Source of the DNA: a virus | Lineage: Duplodnaviria > Caudoviricetes | Length of the DNA stretch: 25,981 nt | Virus record (IMG/VR): IMGVR_UViG_3300005612_000020 | Location: 1-25,981 of that record | Direction: 5' to 3' (one strand) | In this document: positions 1 through 9,243 of the stretch, piece after piece | How the letters are laid out: every line of letters begins with the position of its first letter | Position numbering within the stretch: position 1 is the first letter of the stretch | Translations under genes and position numbers: made by a program | Notes under the pieces: generated by a model | What the model was told of the DNA's origin: nothing | What the model saw: the letters and a program-made list of their open reading frames with translations, nothing else | Databases searched by the model: none

Positions 1-724
1 CCTGCCATGTGCCGATAATATCCGTATACAGACTTCCTGTGCCGGTCGTTGTGCCGGAGATAACAATATATTCAGTTGTTTCAAGAAAGTGATTACTACC
101 GGCCTGAAGCGTCACCGTGACCGTGGTGCCAGAGAATGTAATGGTTGATATATCGGCTGCATGCGTCCACTGGTTTGGCGGTGTGGCATCGATAGTTGTG
201 ATATCCCACTGTGTTGCATCTGCCTTGCCTACATGCGTTCCAGCAGGCGATGGTGGACCCTCTTCGCCCCACGCGGATACAAACGTGTACACATAGCTAC
301 GCTCAACATCATTGCCAGCACCACCCGTATGACCAACAGTCGGCGCCACATCAGGCTGCGGCATGCCAAGCCGGTAGAAATCTTCTGGGTAATCGGTACC
401 GCCCGTAACGGCCAGGGTATCATCCGTTGATTTTGGATTCAGATCCCCGGTATAGTGAATACGAAGCTCATTTTCCAGATACAATGGAGATCTGGCCACA
501 TCAACATCGGTCAGCCAGCTCAGCCAGGTACTGCCAAGCAGGTAAATAGATTGCTTTGTACCGATTTTCGTCGGCGTATTTACCTCGATTTCATCCCGTA
601 CAGGCTCAAGCTCCTGGCTGAATAAATCACAATTCCTTGCTATCTGCGATTGCGATTGCGATAGTTTACGCGGCGCTATTCGAGGGGCTATGCCGTTGAA
701 TATTGGAATGTGCAGAATGGTCAT
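1..724 (-). CDS. Putative tail stabilisation/nozzle protein, 5' part only (runs off the left edge; absent from the ORF track)
   Basis: Manual translation from ATG at 724: MTILHIPIFNGIAPRIAPRKLSQSQSQIARNCDLFSQELEPVR...ERSYVYTFVSAWGEEGPPSPA..., open to the window edge. The F-x-G-x-x-PR...Q-x-A-x-N start and the YVYTFV...GEEGPPS motif resemble podovirus tail proteins (recognition, not searched). Confidence 0.7.
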   Translation of the reverse strand, partial: MTILHIPIFNGIAPRIAPRKLSQSQSQIARNCDLFSQELEPVRDEIEVNTPTKIGTKQSIYLLGSTWLSWLTDVDVARSPLYLENELRIHYTGDLNPKSTDDTLAVTGGTDYPEDFYRLGMPQPDVAPTVGHTGGAGNDVERSYVYTFVSAWGEEGPPSPAGTHVGKADATQWDITTIDATPPNQWTHAADISTITFSGTTVTVTLQAGSNHFLETTEYIVISGTTTGTGSLYTDIIGTWQ

Positions 725-738
725 TGCATCATAAACTA

Positions 739-1965
739 TTAAACGTAATACCCAACTATAACCATGTTAGTAGATGGGAGATTTACTCCATCATAAGTTA
801 CATTTGTTCGCCAGTAAAAATCAGAATTACCATCCAGCGGAACCAGGAATTCACCGCTAACGTACATCGTTATTGCTGGCGTACCCTCTTCCCTCATTGA
901 TAACTTCCGATAAATAGCAGTTGTTCCTGGTGCAGATGAATGTACATATAAGAACGCATCGACAACAGATGCTGAACTGTTAGAGTGTACTATTCTGGCT
1001 TGTATCACTGCGGCTGTTGCGCCCGCAGTAGCGGCCTCTGCAAATAATGCAGACATATCGGCCAATGTATCTACATTGTTAGCAGTAGAGGTAAATAGAT
1101 TCACCGGTGTAGCTAAAGGCTTGAATCCTATTGTCGTCAGGCCGTTTATTGTTCCGCCAGCAAGAACAGGGTTATTTATCGTCGGTGTGTTTATTATTGG
1201 AGCGGTGTATGTTTTGTTCGTATGAATCTCAACCCCACCAACAGTGGCCGCATCTGTAGCAGCAGTACCGGGAGCAACATTTTTGATCTGCTCACCTAAA
1301 GCATTAAATCCACTTGATGTTAAAGCAAGACCAACAGAATTAAATTTAAAATTAGTTCCATCATAGATAAAGGTATGCACATAACCGGCTTTTATGGTTC
1401 CTGCAGGCGGATTGCTGCCATCTTCCATTTTTATGTTTTTTGCAGCAACAGCATCAAGCTGTAGTGTTGCAGCAATACCAGTATTTGTATTACCGGCGCC
1501 TATTTTTACCCTTACTTCCTGGCCAGCTATAGGAACAACAAGCGCAGTAGGCGTCATCGCAACTGTGTACACGTCTGCAGCACCTGTATCAACACCGTAC
1601 AGGAATGTGCCCTGCTGTATGTTTGTGCTTGTTGCCCCGGCTGCTAGAGCCGTATAGAAAGCCGCGCTTGGCCTGAGCTCAACAATGTCACCAGCATCAA
1701 AGGCATAAGCAACAGCAGGTGTGATATTTCCGATCTCTTCCTGAGCACGAGCAATCGTTAATACATCAGCCGATCTTGATGTGCATGTAATTATTTCGAC
1801 TTCGCCGGTCGCTTTTTTATACAGCAGGCAGCGAAAGAAATCACCACCCCCCGGACTTGGAAATAAAGCGTTTCCGTCAGTTGCCTGCACCGTTAGCGAT
1901 AATCCGCCAGCTGCAATGCCTGATGCCAGGGTGGAACGGGCTAAATTTGTAAATAGTTCGGCCAT
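739..1965 (-). CDS. Tail fibre-like virion protein (408 aa)
   Basis: N-terminal FTNLARSTLASGI...EIITCTSRSADVLTIARAQE...AFDAGDIVELR attachment-type domain, central NTNTG...L/YDGTNF fibre-like segment, IKNVAPGTAATDAAT neck motif; located in the tail module. Confidence 0.65.
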   Translation of the reverse strand: MAELFTNLARSTLASGIAAGGLSLTVQATDGNALFPSPGGGDFFRCLLYKKATGEVEIITCTSRSADVLTIARAQEEIGNITPAVAYAFDAGDIVELRPSAAFYTALAAGATSTNIQQGTFLYGVDTGAADVYTVAMTPTALVVPIAGQEVRVKIGAGNTNTGIAATLQLDAVAAKNIKMEDGSNPPAGTIKAGYVHTFIYDGTNFKFNSVGLALTSSGFNALGEQIKNVAPGTAATDAATVGGVEIHTNKTYTAPIINTPTINNPVLAGGTINGLTTIGFKPLATPVNLFTSTANNVDTLADMSALFAEAATAGATAAVIQARIVHSNSSASVVDAFLYVHSSAPGTTAIYRKLSMREEGTPAITMYVSGEFLVPLDGNSDFYWRTNVTYDGVNLPSTNMVIVGYYV

Positions 1966-1995
1966 TTAATTCTCGTTAGGTTGTTTTAAATATGG

Positions 1996-2043
1996 CTAGT
2001 TTGGTGATTCTAAATAGATCGGCTTCTTCATTATTTGCCACAT
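1996..2043 (-). CDS. Possible 15-aa small ORF MWQIMKKPIYLESPN
   Basis: ATG at 2043 preceded by purine-rich AGGGAAACGAGGAAATC; TAG at 1996-1998; lies in an otherwise empty ~140-nt gap. Confidence 0.3.
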   Translation of the reverse strand: MWQIMKKPIYLESPN

Positions 2044-2107
2044 GATTTCCTCGTTTCCCTATCCTTTCAGAATTAGTCTAGGTTAGTGTAAAGATATGTC
2101 ACTATTA

Positions 2108-3376
2108 TTAAAATGGTGTATACATCGGATCGCCCCAGCAATCCATTACCCATGCTCCAGTAGTTCTTCCTAAGTGCGCAGCCATCATCATTGAATCTCC
2201 AAGTAACAGCCGTTTCATAAATGCATCCTGATGCGGAACAGTCCCAGCGCCCGGCTCTGCAAGGGCACCAACTGCTGCACAGCCGCCACTATCTAATATC
2301 ATGCGCATTAGGTTCTGTCCATTGCTGGTAGCATTGTAACCCCACGCGCCCTTCTTGAATGTAAAACTCTGTGCCATGCCTGACATTAAATCAGCGTATG
2401 ATGTATTTGCTGGCGAGCTGCCGCAGAATCCAAATAAGGAAAGATCGAGCGTCCCAGCCATCATATCAGTGTAGCTATAATCCTCCGTTGGTGGCTGTTC
2501 CGGCCAATTTGCGTTATAGGTATTTTTGTGGTGTTGCATATCAACGCCCCAATGCTCACAATACTGCCGTGACCTCTCACCCTGATATCCGGTTAAACTG
2601 ATTCCCATGCTACTGTTATCAATAACCCTATCGTGCATTCCGATATGAGTAGTGCCGCCGTTATTTGAGAGCGCATCATCTATCATGCGCTTGGCTTCGG
2701 CGTATCCGGCAGCATCCCTGTTTCTCGGATTACCGAGTGCGCCGAAATTAAGAATCATTTTATTAGCCCGCACGCCATATACGGCAGTTACTTGTGTATG
2801 ATCATAAAGCGTTCCATTATTCCAAACTTCTTTAGCAAAGATATGACCAAGTGTTGCAAGCCCGGATGTGTTTCTTGATGTAATAGCACAGCACGGTGTT
2901 ATTGATCGAATTGTGCCAGGGGCTCCAGTTTTAGGCGCAACCCCTTGATCGCCGACATACCATCCAGACGCGGCCAGTGTTCCTGATGTTGCAATAGTGC
3001 GTTCAAAAGCATCAGCATCAGCCGGTAACGCCTTGACATAGTAAGGCGTAAAACTACAAATAACTGCCTCAATATTATTCGCCTGAATATGCGCCCATAC
3101 CGGCGTCATGACATTGGTATAGAATGTTGCCATGTCAATGCCATCAGTACCGGCGCATGTACTACCACTGTCACCCAGAGAATAAGTGAGCTTGTTTGTA
3201 GCCTTTAAACCACGCGCATTAATGTAATAATCAGCTAAATCTGAAGAATAGGCATTATCTGAATCACAAATAAGCAGTACATTCTTCGGGTTTACATTAA
3301 CGCCAGTATTTTGAACTCTTGCATCCCAGAGTTGTTGGCGCGTCCGTGAAACGCTTCTTTGTTTCCTTTTGCGCAT
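2108..3376 (-). CDS. TIGR03790-like protein (422 aa)
   Basis: NVLLICDSD...S..LADYY...RG N-terminal motif, AKRMIDDAL, G..A..G.LAEP and terminal GDPMYTPF match the pattern I recall for TIGR03790 proteins. Confidence 0.55.
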   Translation of the reverse strand: MRKRKQRSVSRTRQQLWDARVQNTGVNVNPKNVLLICDSDNAYSSDLADYYINARGLKATNKLTYSLGDSGSTCAGTDGIDMATFYTNVMTPVWAHIQANNIEAVICSFTPYYVKALPADADAFERTIATSGTLAASGWYVGDQGVAPKTGAPGTIRSITPCCAITSRNTSGLATLGHIFAKEVWNNGTLYDHTQVTAVYGVRANKMILNFGALGNPRNRDAAGYAEAKRMIDDALSNNGGTTHIGMHDRVIDNSSMGISLTGYQGERSRQYCEHWGVDMQHHKNTYNANWPEQPPTEDYSYTDMMAGTLDLSLFGFCGSSPANTSYADLMSGMAQSFTFKKGAWGYNATSNGQNLMRMILDSGGCAAVGALAEPGAGTVPHQDAFMKRLLLGDSMMMAAHLGRTTGAWVMDCWGDPMYTPF

Positions 3377-4128
3377 TATTCAAGCGAGATAAGACCAGCG
3401 GGTAATATCTTGTTATTGGCTGCAAGATTTGTTTTTATATCAGCTAATAGCTGTATATAATTATTAGGCAATCCATCTTCGAAAATGTAATCAAAGAATC
3501 CCCAACAAGCTTGTCCGCTACCTGCAATTATTGCCCCGAGCCATAACTCGTCTGCAATTGCGTTTGCAGCAAAGGATGCAGCAAAAGCTGCACTGATTGC
3601 TATTGACTCAAGCTCTACACCATCTAGTATAAGCCTTAAGTTAAGACCATCTCTGACAGCCGCCATGCAATGCGTTTCGCCTATAACGAAAACCTTCGTA
3701 CTGCTGGCGGCTAGTGCGGTAGAACCATCATCCATAGTTGCCGCAATTGTGCCAGCATCTTGATGGACTCTATAATAGCCTGCTGCAGCAGCGCCAAACT
3801 GAACGTACATTTTATTGTTCGCATGCAATACAGTGAATACACAGCCAACTATAAAATCATTGCTTCCCGGCTCTGCGATAGTCGCACTATAACCACCACC
3901 AGTAACACCCGTTACAAAAGCAAGGGAACCATCACCCTGATCGGCTACGGTAAGTCCTGTATTTAGATTACCTCCGGCTGCTGCGATATCCGTGATTGGC
4001 GCGGCTGTTTCAGTACATGGGAAGTAGTGCTTACATGCAGGTGCAGAGGCGGATATTGTGGCTGTTGCCGGATTTCCGGTATCTGTTTCATTAGCATTGA
4101 GTATCATTTTGTGTGTTCTAAAGGTCAT
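3376..4128 (-). CDS. ConA/LamG-like beta-sandwich protein (250 aa)
   Basis: Beta-rich sequence with HCMAAVRDGLNLRLILDG, typical of LamG-like H...V.DG....Y.DG; coupled by 1-nt overlaps to both neighbours. Confidence 0.55.
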   Translation of the reverse strand: MTFRTHKMILNANETDTGNPATATISASAPACKHYFPCTETAAPITDIAAAGGNLNTGLTVADQGDGSLAFVTGVTGGGYSATIAEPGSNDFIVGCVFTVLHANNKMYVQFGAAAAGYYRVHQDAGTIAATMDDGSTALAASSTKVFVIGETHCMAAVRDGLNLRLILDGVELESIAISAAFAASFAANAIADELWLGAIIAGSGQACWGFFDYIFEDGLPNNYIQLLADIKTNLAANNKILPAGLISLE

Positions 4129-4628
4129 TATGCCACCTCAATAAATAATGTTACGGCTTCGTCAACATCAACAGCTATAGCATCTAGCCTGCGAAGTATT
4201 CCGCCAAGGTCATACCATTCTGACCATTCATCAACACCAACTGGATCAACTTCCCCAGTCAGTCCTGCACCAGCTCTAACCTCGAAGTATTCTACATCTG
4301 TTGCCATTGTGACCGCTGCCGTAATGGGCGCTAACCATGCCTCTGCCTGTGTGGTGTCTGTTGCATCATCAACCGGCGAGGCATCCAGCACAAAGCGGAC
4401 AAGATTACTTGATGTAACTGCTGTTGCTTTTACCCTGAAAGAAGTCACTTTTTCTGCCTCTGTCCATGTTGCTGTTGCAACATCAGTTTCCAGAACATTA
4501 CCAACAATAGATAAGTATCTGTTATGTGATTGCGCCGCAGAGCCATCAATTTTCGGGATAACCCTTTGAGAAAGTTTATTATCCGCATCTCTTTCAAATG
4601 GAGCGCCTACATCAGACGGATCTTGCAT
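4128..4628 (-). CDS. Hypothetical virion-module protein (166 aa)
   Basis: GAGGT SD upstream of ATG; acidic, beta-rich; co-oriented in the structural operon. Confidence 0.6.
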   Translation of the reverse strand: MQDPSDVGAPFERDADNKLSQRVIPKIDGSAAQSHNRYLSIVGNVLETDVATATWTEAEKVTSFRVKATAVTSSNLVRFVLDASPVDDATDTTQAEAWLAPITAAVTMATDVEYFEVRAGAGLTGEVDPVGVDEWSEWYDLGGILRRLDAIAVDVDEAVTLFIEVA

Positions 4629-4639
4629 AATTTATTACC

Positions 4640-5278
4640 TCATGTCCAAGAGCGCATCACTGCGCCGGTTGATTTTTTTAAGTTACCCTTAACGGATTGC
4701 GCTTTACCGCTTTGAATGCCGAAATTAAAGCGCTTGCCATACCAGATTGATTGTTTCATGTCTGACCATAGCTTTTCCGGTATTTCAAGAAGTTCTGATA
4801 AAGCGCCATATTTGATTGTTTCACGCCAATCATTGAACAGGATATCGTTTACTTCGGTTGCGGTATCAGTCGGCCTGGTTGCAATTCTTACAATTAAGCC
4901 ACCGACAATTGTTTCATCTGGTACTCGATTTAGTTTAAAACGATTAGGACTGATCGACATATAAGCAGTGGCTTCACCTGGATCAGCCGTTCTCCAGCCA
5001 TTGTCGATAATGTCGAGCTCTTCTTCTGTATGTCCTGGTAGCTCGCGCTCATCATAAAGAAAATGAACGATACCAACGATGTCATTATTCAATGATGCTG
5101 TCATTGTATAATCATCAACAGTGCTGATAATGTCATCAGCTGGCAGTGTTTCTCGAATTAATCGCGTATCCTTACAGAAGCGAATGCAAGCATTACGAAT
5201 AGCATCAAGCGCAATGCTTTCCGGACAGCCAGGTATGTGAGGCTGAATTAGCGGTAAAATTGATTCAAGAGTTGCCAT
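4640..5278 (-). CDS. Putative head-tail adaptor/connector protein (212 aa)
   Basis: P.I.P..PGCP......AIR.A.I.FC..T N-terminus and I..GAL..L..IP.K.WSD C-terminus are characteristic of a conserved podovirus connector gene. Confidence 0.6.
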   Translation of the reverse strand: MATLESILPLIQPHIPGCPESIALDAIRNACIRFCKDTRLIRETLPADDIISTVDDYTMTASLNNDIVGIVHFLYDERELPGHTEEELDIIDNGWRTADPGEATAYMSISPNRFKLNRVPDETIVGGLIVRIATRPTDTATEVNDILFNDWRETIKYGALSELLEIPEKLWSDMKQSIWYGKRFNFGIQSGKAQSVKGNLKKSTGAVMRSWT

Positions 5279-6423
5279 TAGCAGGACATCGCTGTTGTTG
5301 CGTCAAATGTAGCACTGGCAAGAGCGATACCACCCGTTACTGATTTGATATCGCCTCCGGTAGCACCACCTGCAACATAAGTTATATGTAAGGTATCAAC
5401 ACCACTTGCCACTGCGGCGGAAAAGGTTACGTTAAATCTCGGAGTCGCTGTGGGAGCTGTGTCGATAGCCTGGATAAGCGTTGCTGGTACTGCATCATTT
5501 TCTACATTACCGGGCCATAGTTCGGCAGTCATGCCTATTTCAAAACCAAGGGCTGATTCACAGATACATGGAATAATGTGTAATGTCGTACCTGTACCAG
5601 TAATAGGTGCATTAGAGTCGGCGGTAAATACCGTACCTGGATCATTATTAGCAGCACCACAAGTCATGAAATCAGAGGTTCCTTGAGTTACAATTTCATA
5701 CTTCTCACCCTCGACAAGCGCGGTAGCAGCAACCTCTGTTGTTTTATCTATCAGCGCGAGCGTACACATCGTTACTGTGTCTTCGTCAGGTACTACGCCT
5801 ATTTCAGCAACTTCTATACCAATTGAGCCATAATCACCACCAATAGGCGTACCTACATCAAGAGTGTCCTCTGTAAAATTGTATTGAACAAAGATATTTT
5901 TGTTCGATGTTCCTGTTAGTGCTGTTTCATTTGTGCCTGCCGTGTAATCTTTTGAAGCATAATCACAGGATGCAACAAAGTTTAATGCTAAATTACCTAC
6001 TGAATAAGCTATATCATCTATCGTTACCGAACCAGAACCACCAGACCATGAGCCTGTTTTACTTTGCTCTATCGTGATTTCAGCGTTAGTTACCTGCACA
6101 ATACATATTGCACAATTTTGCTGAACCGCTGGATAATCAATTGTTGTAACACCCGTAACTTCAGAAATCATCGTTGCCTTGTATAGCGCAACAACGCCTG
6201 TATCCCTGGAGGTATGGTCAATCTTTGTCCATACCACGCCAAGAGTAGTTGGTACACCTAAAGCATTAGCTGAACCACCAAGACCACCAAGGTCAGCGCC
6301 TCTGATACATATATATTGCTCTGAGTTTGCTGCGAAAGAATTTGAATCAGAAATGTACTGACTAAGGTTGCTTGAATCAGACCATTCAAGTGATAACTGA
6401 ATATTGCCTGCTAATAATGCCAT
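5278..6423 (-). CDS. Multi-domain virion-associated protein (381 aa)
   Basis: Beta-rich N-domain, ATALVEGEKYEIVTQGTSDF..CGAANN..GTVFTA module seen in phage structural proteins, SwmB-like C-terminal segment (VTFSAAVASGVDTLHITY). Confidence 0.5.
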   Translation of the reverse strand: MALLAGNIQLSLEWSDSSNLSQYISDSNSFAANSEQYICIRGADLGGLGGSANALGVPTTLGVVWTKIDHTSRDTGVVALYKATMISEVTGVTTIDYPAVQQNCAICIVQVTNAEITIEQSKTGSWSGGSGSVTIDDIAYSVGNLALNFVASCDYASKDYTAGTNETALTGTSNKNIFVQYNFTEDTLDVGTPIGGDYGSIGIEVAEIGVVPDEDTVTMCTLALIDKTTEVAATALVEGEKYEIVTQGTSDFMTCGAANNDPGTVFTADSNAPITGTGTTLHIIPCICESALGFEIGMTAELWPGNVENDAVPATLIQAIDTAPTATPRFNVTFSAAVASGVDTLHITYVAGGATGGDIKSVTGGIALASATFDATTAMSC

Positions 6424-6431
6424 GATTTATC

Positions 6432-8675
6432 CTAAATTAGGGGTTCTGTTGAGAAAGTAACATTATCAATGTAGAAGACAGTTTCTTCCGCGAAGCCTGC
6501 ATTACACCAACCAAGAAAACGCCCTTTATCAAACCCTCTTGCTGGTGTTACACGATCAACCCGCGTTCCGTACCAGCCACCAGTTTGGACATTTAATCGA
6601 CTACTTGTATTGCCTTCCCAGTCTGTTTTCCATATCTGAAACACGCCATCGCCTTCGTCATACTCGTAAGTTCCATCTAACGCTAACTGCGCAAGATATT
6701 GAGCCTCAGTTGCATATTTTGAGTGAATAACAAGTGTCATCCAATGGCCTATATCGTTCTGGGTAATACAGTTACTCATCTTTCCAGCACCGCAGGTTGT
6801 ACACGACCATTCTTTATTAGCTGTTTGTGAAAATGAAGTTAATACACCCAGGCTCACAAGGTCAGACGTTGGATTAGTTTGAACTAAAAGAGATGGCCCC
6901 TCCCTGTCTGCGCTATCATAAGTACCAGCCCATACATTGTAAAACTTATTGTTATCTCCATTTCCTTGCGTATTTGGGTCATGCACATAATTAGCTGGTA
7001 TAAAAAGATCATACTTACACCATAAATCTGGGTAGAAATCAGCTAAGAAGAAATCAACCTCGACACCATAGGAATAGCCATTGGCATTTTCAACTGGATA
7101 AGCGCATCTAAGGCTATAATTTCCAGTTCTTGGATTTTCATTTGATACCTCAACATTGGTAAGATTTTGTTTCCATGTAGCATTACCTGTTTTAAATGTA
7201 AAAGTCCCGTCTTCAAAATCAGCAAAAGCTATAACACCCTGGATCGGAGGGACTGGAACAGTATAACTAATGTCTGCATCTGCAACCTGTTGACCTGTGG
7301 CAACAGAGTTAAAACCACCCTCAGAATCAGAGTAAACAACATTGATTATATTACTTTGAGTTAGCGCAAGACCACCCAACGTGTAATACCATCGACTTGT
7401 TCCTACATTACCAATTGGACCTCCTGATATATCTCTAGTAACACCATTTACTGTAATCGTAATACCAGATAAGTAATTGGTTGAGGTATCACAAGCTTCT
7501 GAAAAGTTCACATAAACCTTATTTGAATCAATTACAGCATCAATTGAGTTTATCGTGGGGATAACAGTAGCAGCGTCGGTTACAATGAAATTAAATGACC
7601 CAGAGGCGTCAGATTGTAAGGTTGAGTTCGTTGCAGTAAGTTCTACAGGGAAAGTATCGGCAGAACCTCCAACCGTACCCTTTATCCATCCCAGTGTAGT
7701 TGTTGTGTCTAAACCTGTTGGGAGTGCGGCTGATCCACCATCCAGCGCCATTGCTGCAATCGCCGTTCCGCCAGTATCAGCGATATAATTCGTCACCATG
7801 TCAATAGCGACAACTTCGCCTATTGTTACGTTGAAATCAACAGGAAGCTTCCAGACCGGTTTAACAGCAGCCACGCAGGCAAGATAACCAGACTCAAAAC
7901 TCGCCATTAGAGGCGTTTCTGATCCACCACCTATGGCACTAACGGTGATATCAAAGGTTTCTGTTGAAGATAACCCAGAGGCATTCCAGCACGTCACCGT
8001 TATTGTATTAACCGTTGCTTCCGTGGTGGTGATTCCGCTTACAATTCCTGAGATATTGAAATCTAACGTAGGAGGGGCGGCGACAGAGTGTGTATAAGTA
8101 AACGATAATGCAGAGACTCCGTTGGGATCGCCATCACTGTCAATATGGTCGTTCAGGTCGAGATAGAACTGCTCACCCGCTTCTTGGGTGAAGTCTTGAA
8201 CAGGGTTGGTCGTTGACCATACGGGGGCGGTTATCTCTAAACCAACAACAATCGCCGGTAGAACTTGAGAGACTGAACCAGAGGCATTTGTAGCGTTATA
8301 AATGATTTCATACGTCCCGCCCTGGCCTGCATCAACAGTTCCATCTATATCACCAGCAGAATCAGCTCGCATTTCTGCGCCGTTAGAAGTAGGGAGGGAG
8401 CCTGAGATATAGGTATAAGTTATTGGTGAATCATCAGGGCTAACAACGTAATCAGATAACGATAAACTTACTGTCTGACCTGTTACCCAATTCTGTAAAG
8501 GTATATTTAGCCAAACAGGTTTATTAATTTCGACATCGGGGATTGTGGCTCTAGTGATTTGTGCAGCAGTAACACCTTTTGGGTTTTTGCCATCTTTGTC
8601 AACCAAAGGAAATAAATCAGTTAACTGGACAACGTGGACTAGATCTTCTTGGTCTTTTATTGATTTTACAGCCAT
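6432..8675 (-). CDS. Ig/cadherin-like repeat protein with C-terminal beta-jelly-roll (polysaccharide lyase/lectin-like) domain (747 aa)
   Basis: Three repeats each beginning xPVW with He_PIG-like LP.G......G.I.GT motifs; SwmB-like segment; C-domain FADFEDG...NNKF...W......K...DGVFQIW...FYIDNVTFS. Confidence 0.6.
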   Translation of the reverse strand: MAVKSIKDQEDLVHVVQLTDLFPLVDKDGKNPKGVTAAQITRATIPDVEINKPVWLNIPLQNWVTGQTVSLSLSDYVVSPDDSPITYTYISGSLPTSNGAEMRADSAGDIDGTVDAGQGGTYEIIYNATNASGSVSQVLPAIVVGLEITAPVWSTTNPVQDFTQEAGEQFYLDLNDHIDSDGDPNGVSALSFTYTHSVAAPPTLDFNISGIVSGITTTEATVNTITVTCWNASGLSSTETFDITVSAIGGGSETPLMASFESGYLACVAAVKPVWKLPVDFNVTIGEVVAIDMVTNYIADTGGTAIAAMALDGGSAALPTGLDTTTTLGWIKGTVGGSADTFPVELTATNSTLQSDASGSFNFIVTDAATVIPTINSIDAVIDSNKVYVNFSEACDTSTNYLSGITITVNGVTRDISGGPIGNVGTSRWYYTLGGLALTQSNIINVVYSDSEGGFNSVATGQQVADADISYTVPVPPIQGVIAFADFEDGTFTFKTGNATWKQNLTNVEVSNENPRTGNYSLRCAYPVENANGYSYGVEVDFFLADFYPDLWCKYDLFIPANYVHDPNTQGNGDNNKFYNVWAGTYDSADREGPSLLVQTNPTSDLVSLGVLTSFSQTANKEWSCTTCGAGKMSNCITQNDIGHWMTLVIHSKYATEAQYLAQLALDGTYEYDEGDGVFQIWKTDWEGNTSSRLNVQTGGWYGTRVDRVTPARGFDKGRFLGWCNAGFAEETVFYIDNVTFSTEPLI

Positions 8676-8690
8676 TAAAATAAACCTTTA

Positions 8691-9233
8691 TTAAGTTGGG
8701 TTAATGCCACCGGGGTCATCTGGAACATGTGGGGCACTATCATCACCGATTTCAAATGTTGATCCGATTATTGTTTCTGCATCCCATCCAATATGATCGA
8801 CATGTTCATCATCCCATGTCCAAAGAGAATGCGCCGTGCTACTGATACCGCCCTCGTTGTCTGGGAATGTTTCTTCAATATCAGCAACATAACTCAGCGT
8901 GTTGAATGCTATGAACAGAATTTCTGATGTATTGCCGATTGCATCCTCATGAACAAAATACAATGCGTAGTCAGTACGACTACTTAAACCAGTTAATTGC
9001 GTGAAAGTCTGCGTACCACCAAGGGAAACGGCTATGTTTTCGTTTTGAACCGCATCACCATAACCATTTTGACCAGCCTTTATTTGATCATCGCTAGGGA
9101 TTGCATTTGCAGTCAGGTCCGTAATTAAAACCATGTAAATCACACCACCAATAGAATCTGTATGGCATGATGGTATTGTTGTCGTCAGAGTTGTAAAGTT
9201 AGCTTGCGGATTCGTTAATACTGGATTAGCCAT
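8691..9233 (-). CDS. FN3-like domain protein (180 aa)
   Basis: G.IY.V.....PS..QIKAGQ...LTGLSSRTDYALYFVHEDAIGNTS, an FN3-type pattern. Confidence 0.5.
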   Translation of the reverse strand: MANPVLTNPQANFTTLTTTIPSCHTDSIGGVIYMVLITDLTANAIPSDDQIKAGQNGYGDAVQNENIAVSLGGTQTFTQLTGLSSRTDYALYFVHEDAIGNTSEILFIAFNTLSYVADIEETFPDNEGGISSTAHSLWTWDDEHVDHIGWDAETIIGSTFEIGDDSAPHVPDDPGGINPT

Positions 9234-9243
9234 GGTTATTCAC

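Noticed and set aside
646-662. GCGATT short tandem repeat as a phase-variation tract
   Set aside because: In-frame hexamer encoding SQSQSQ, about three copies; slippage would not shift the frame.
2022-2033. 12-nt match CTTCTTCATTAT to the window end (25970-25981) as att site or terminal repeat
   Set aside because: Short, AT-rich, the second copy lies within a coding frame, and there is no integrase context; expected by chance.
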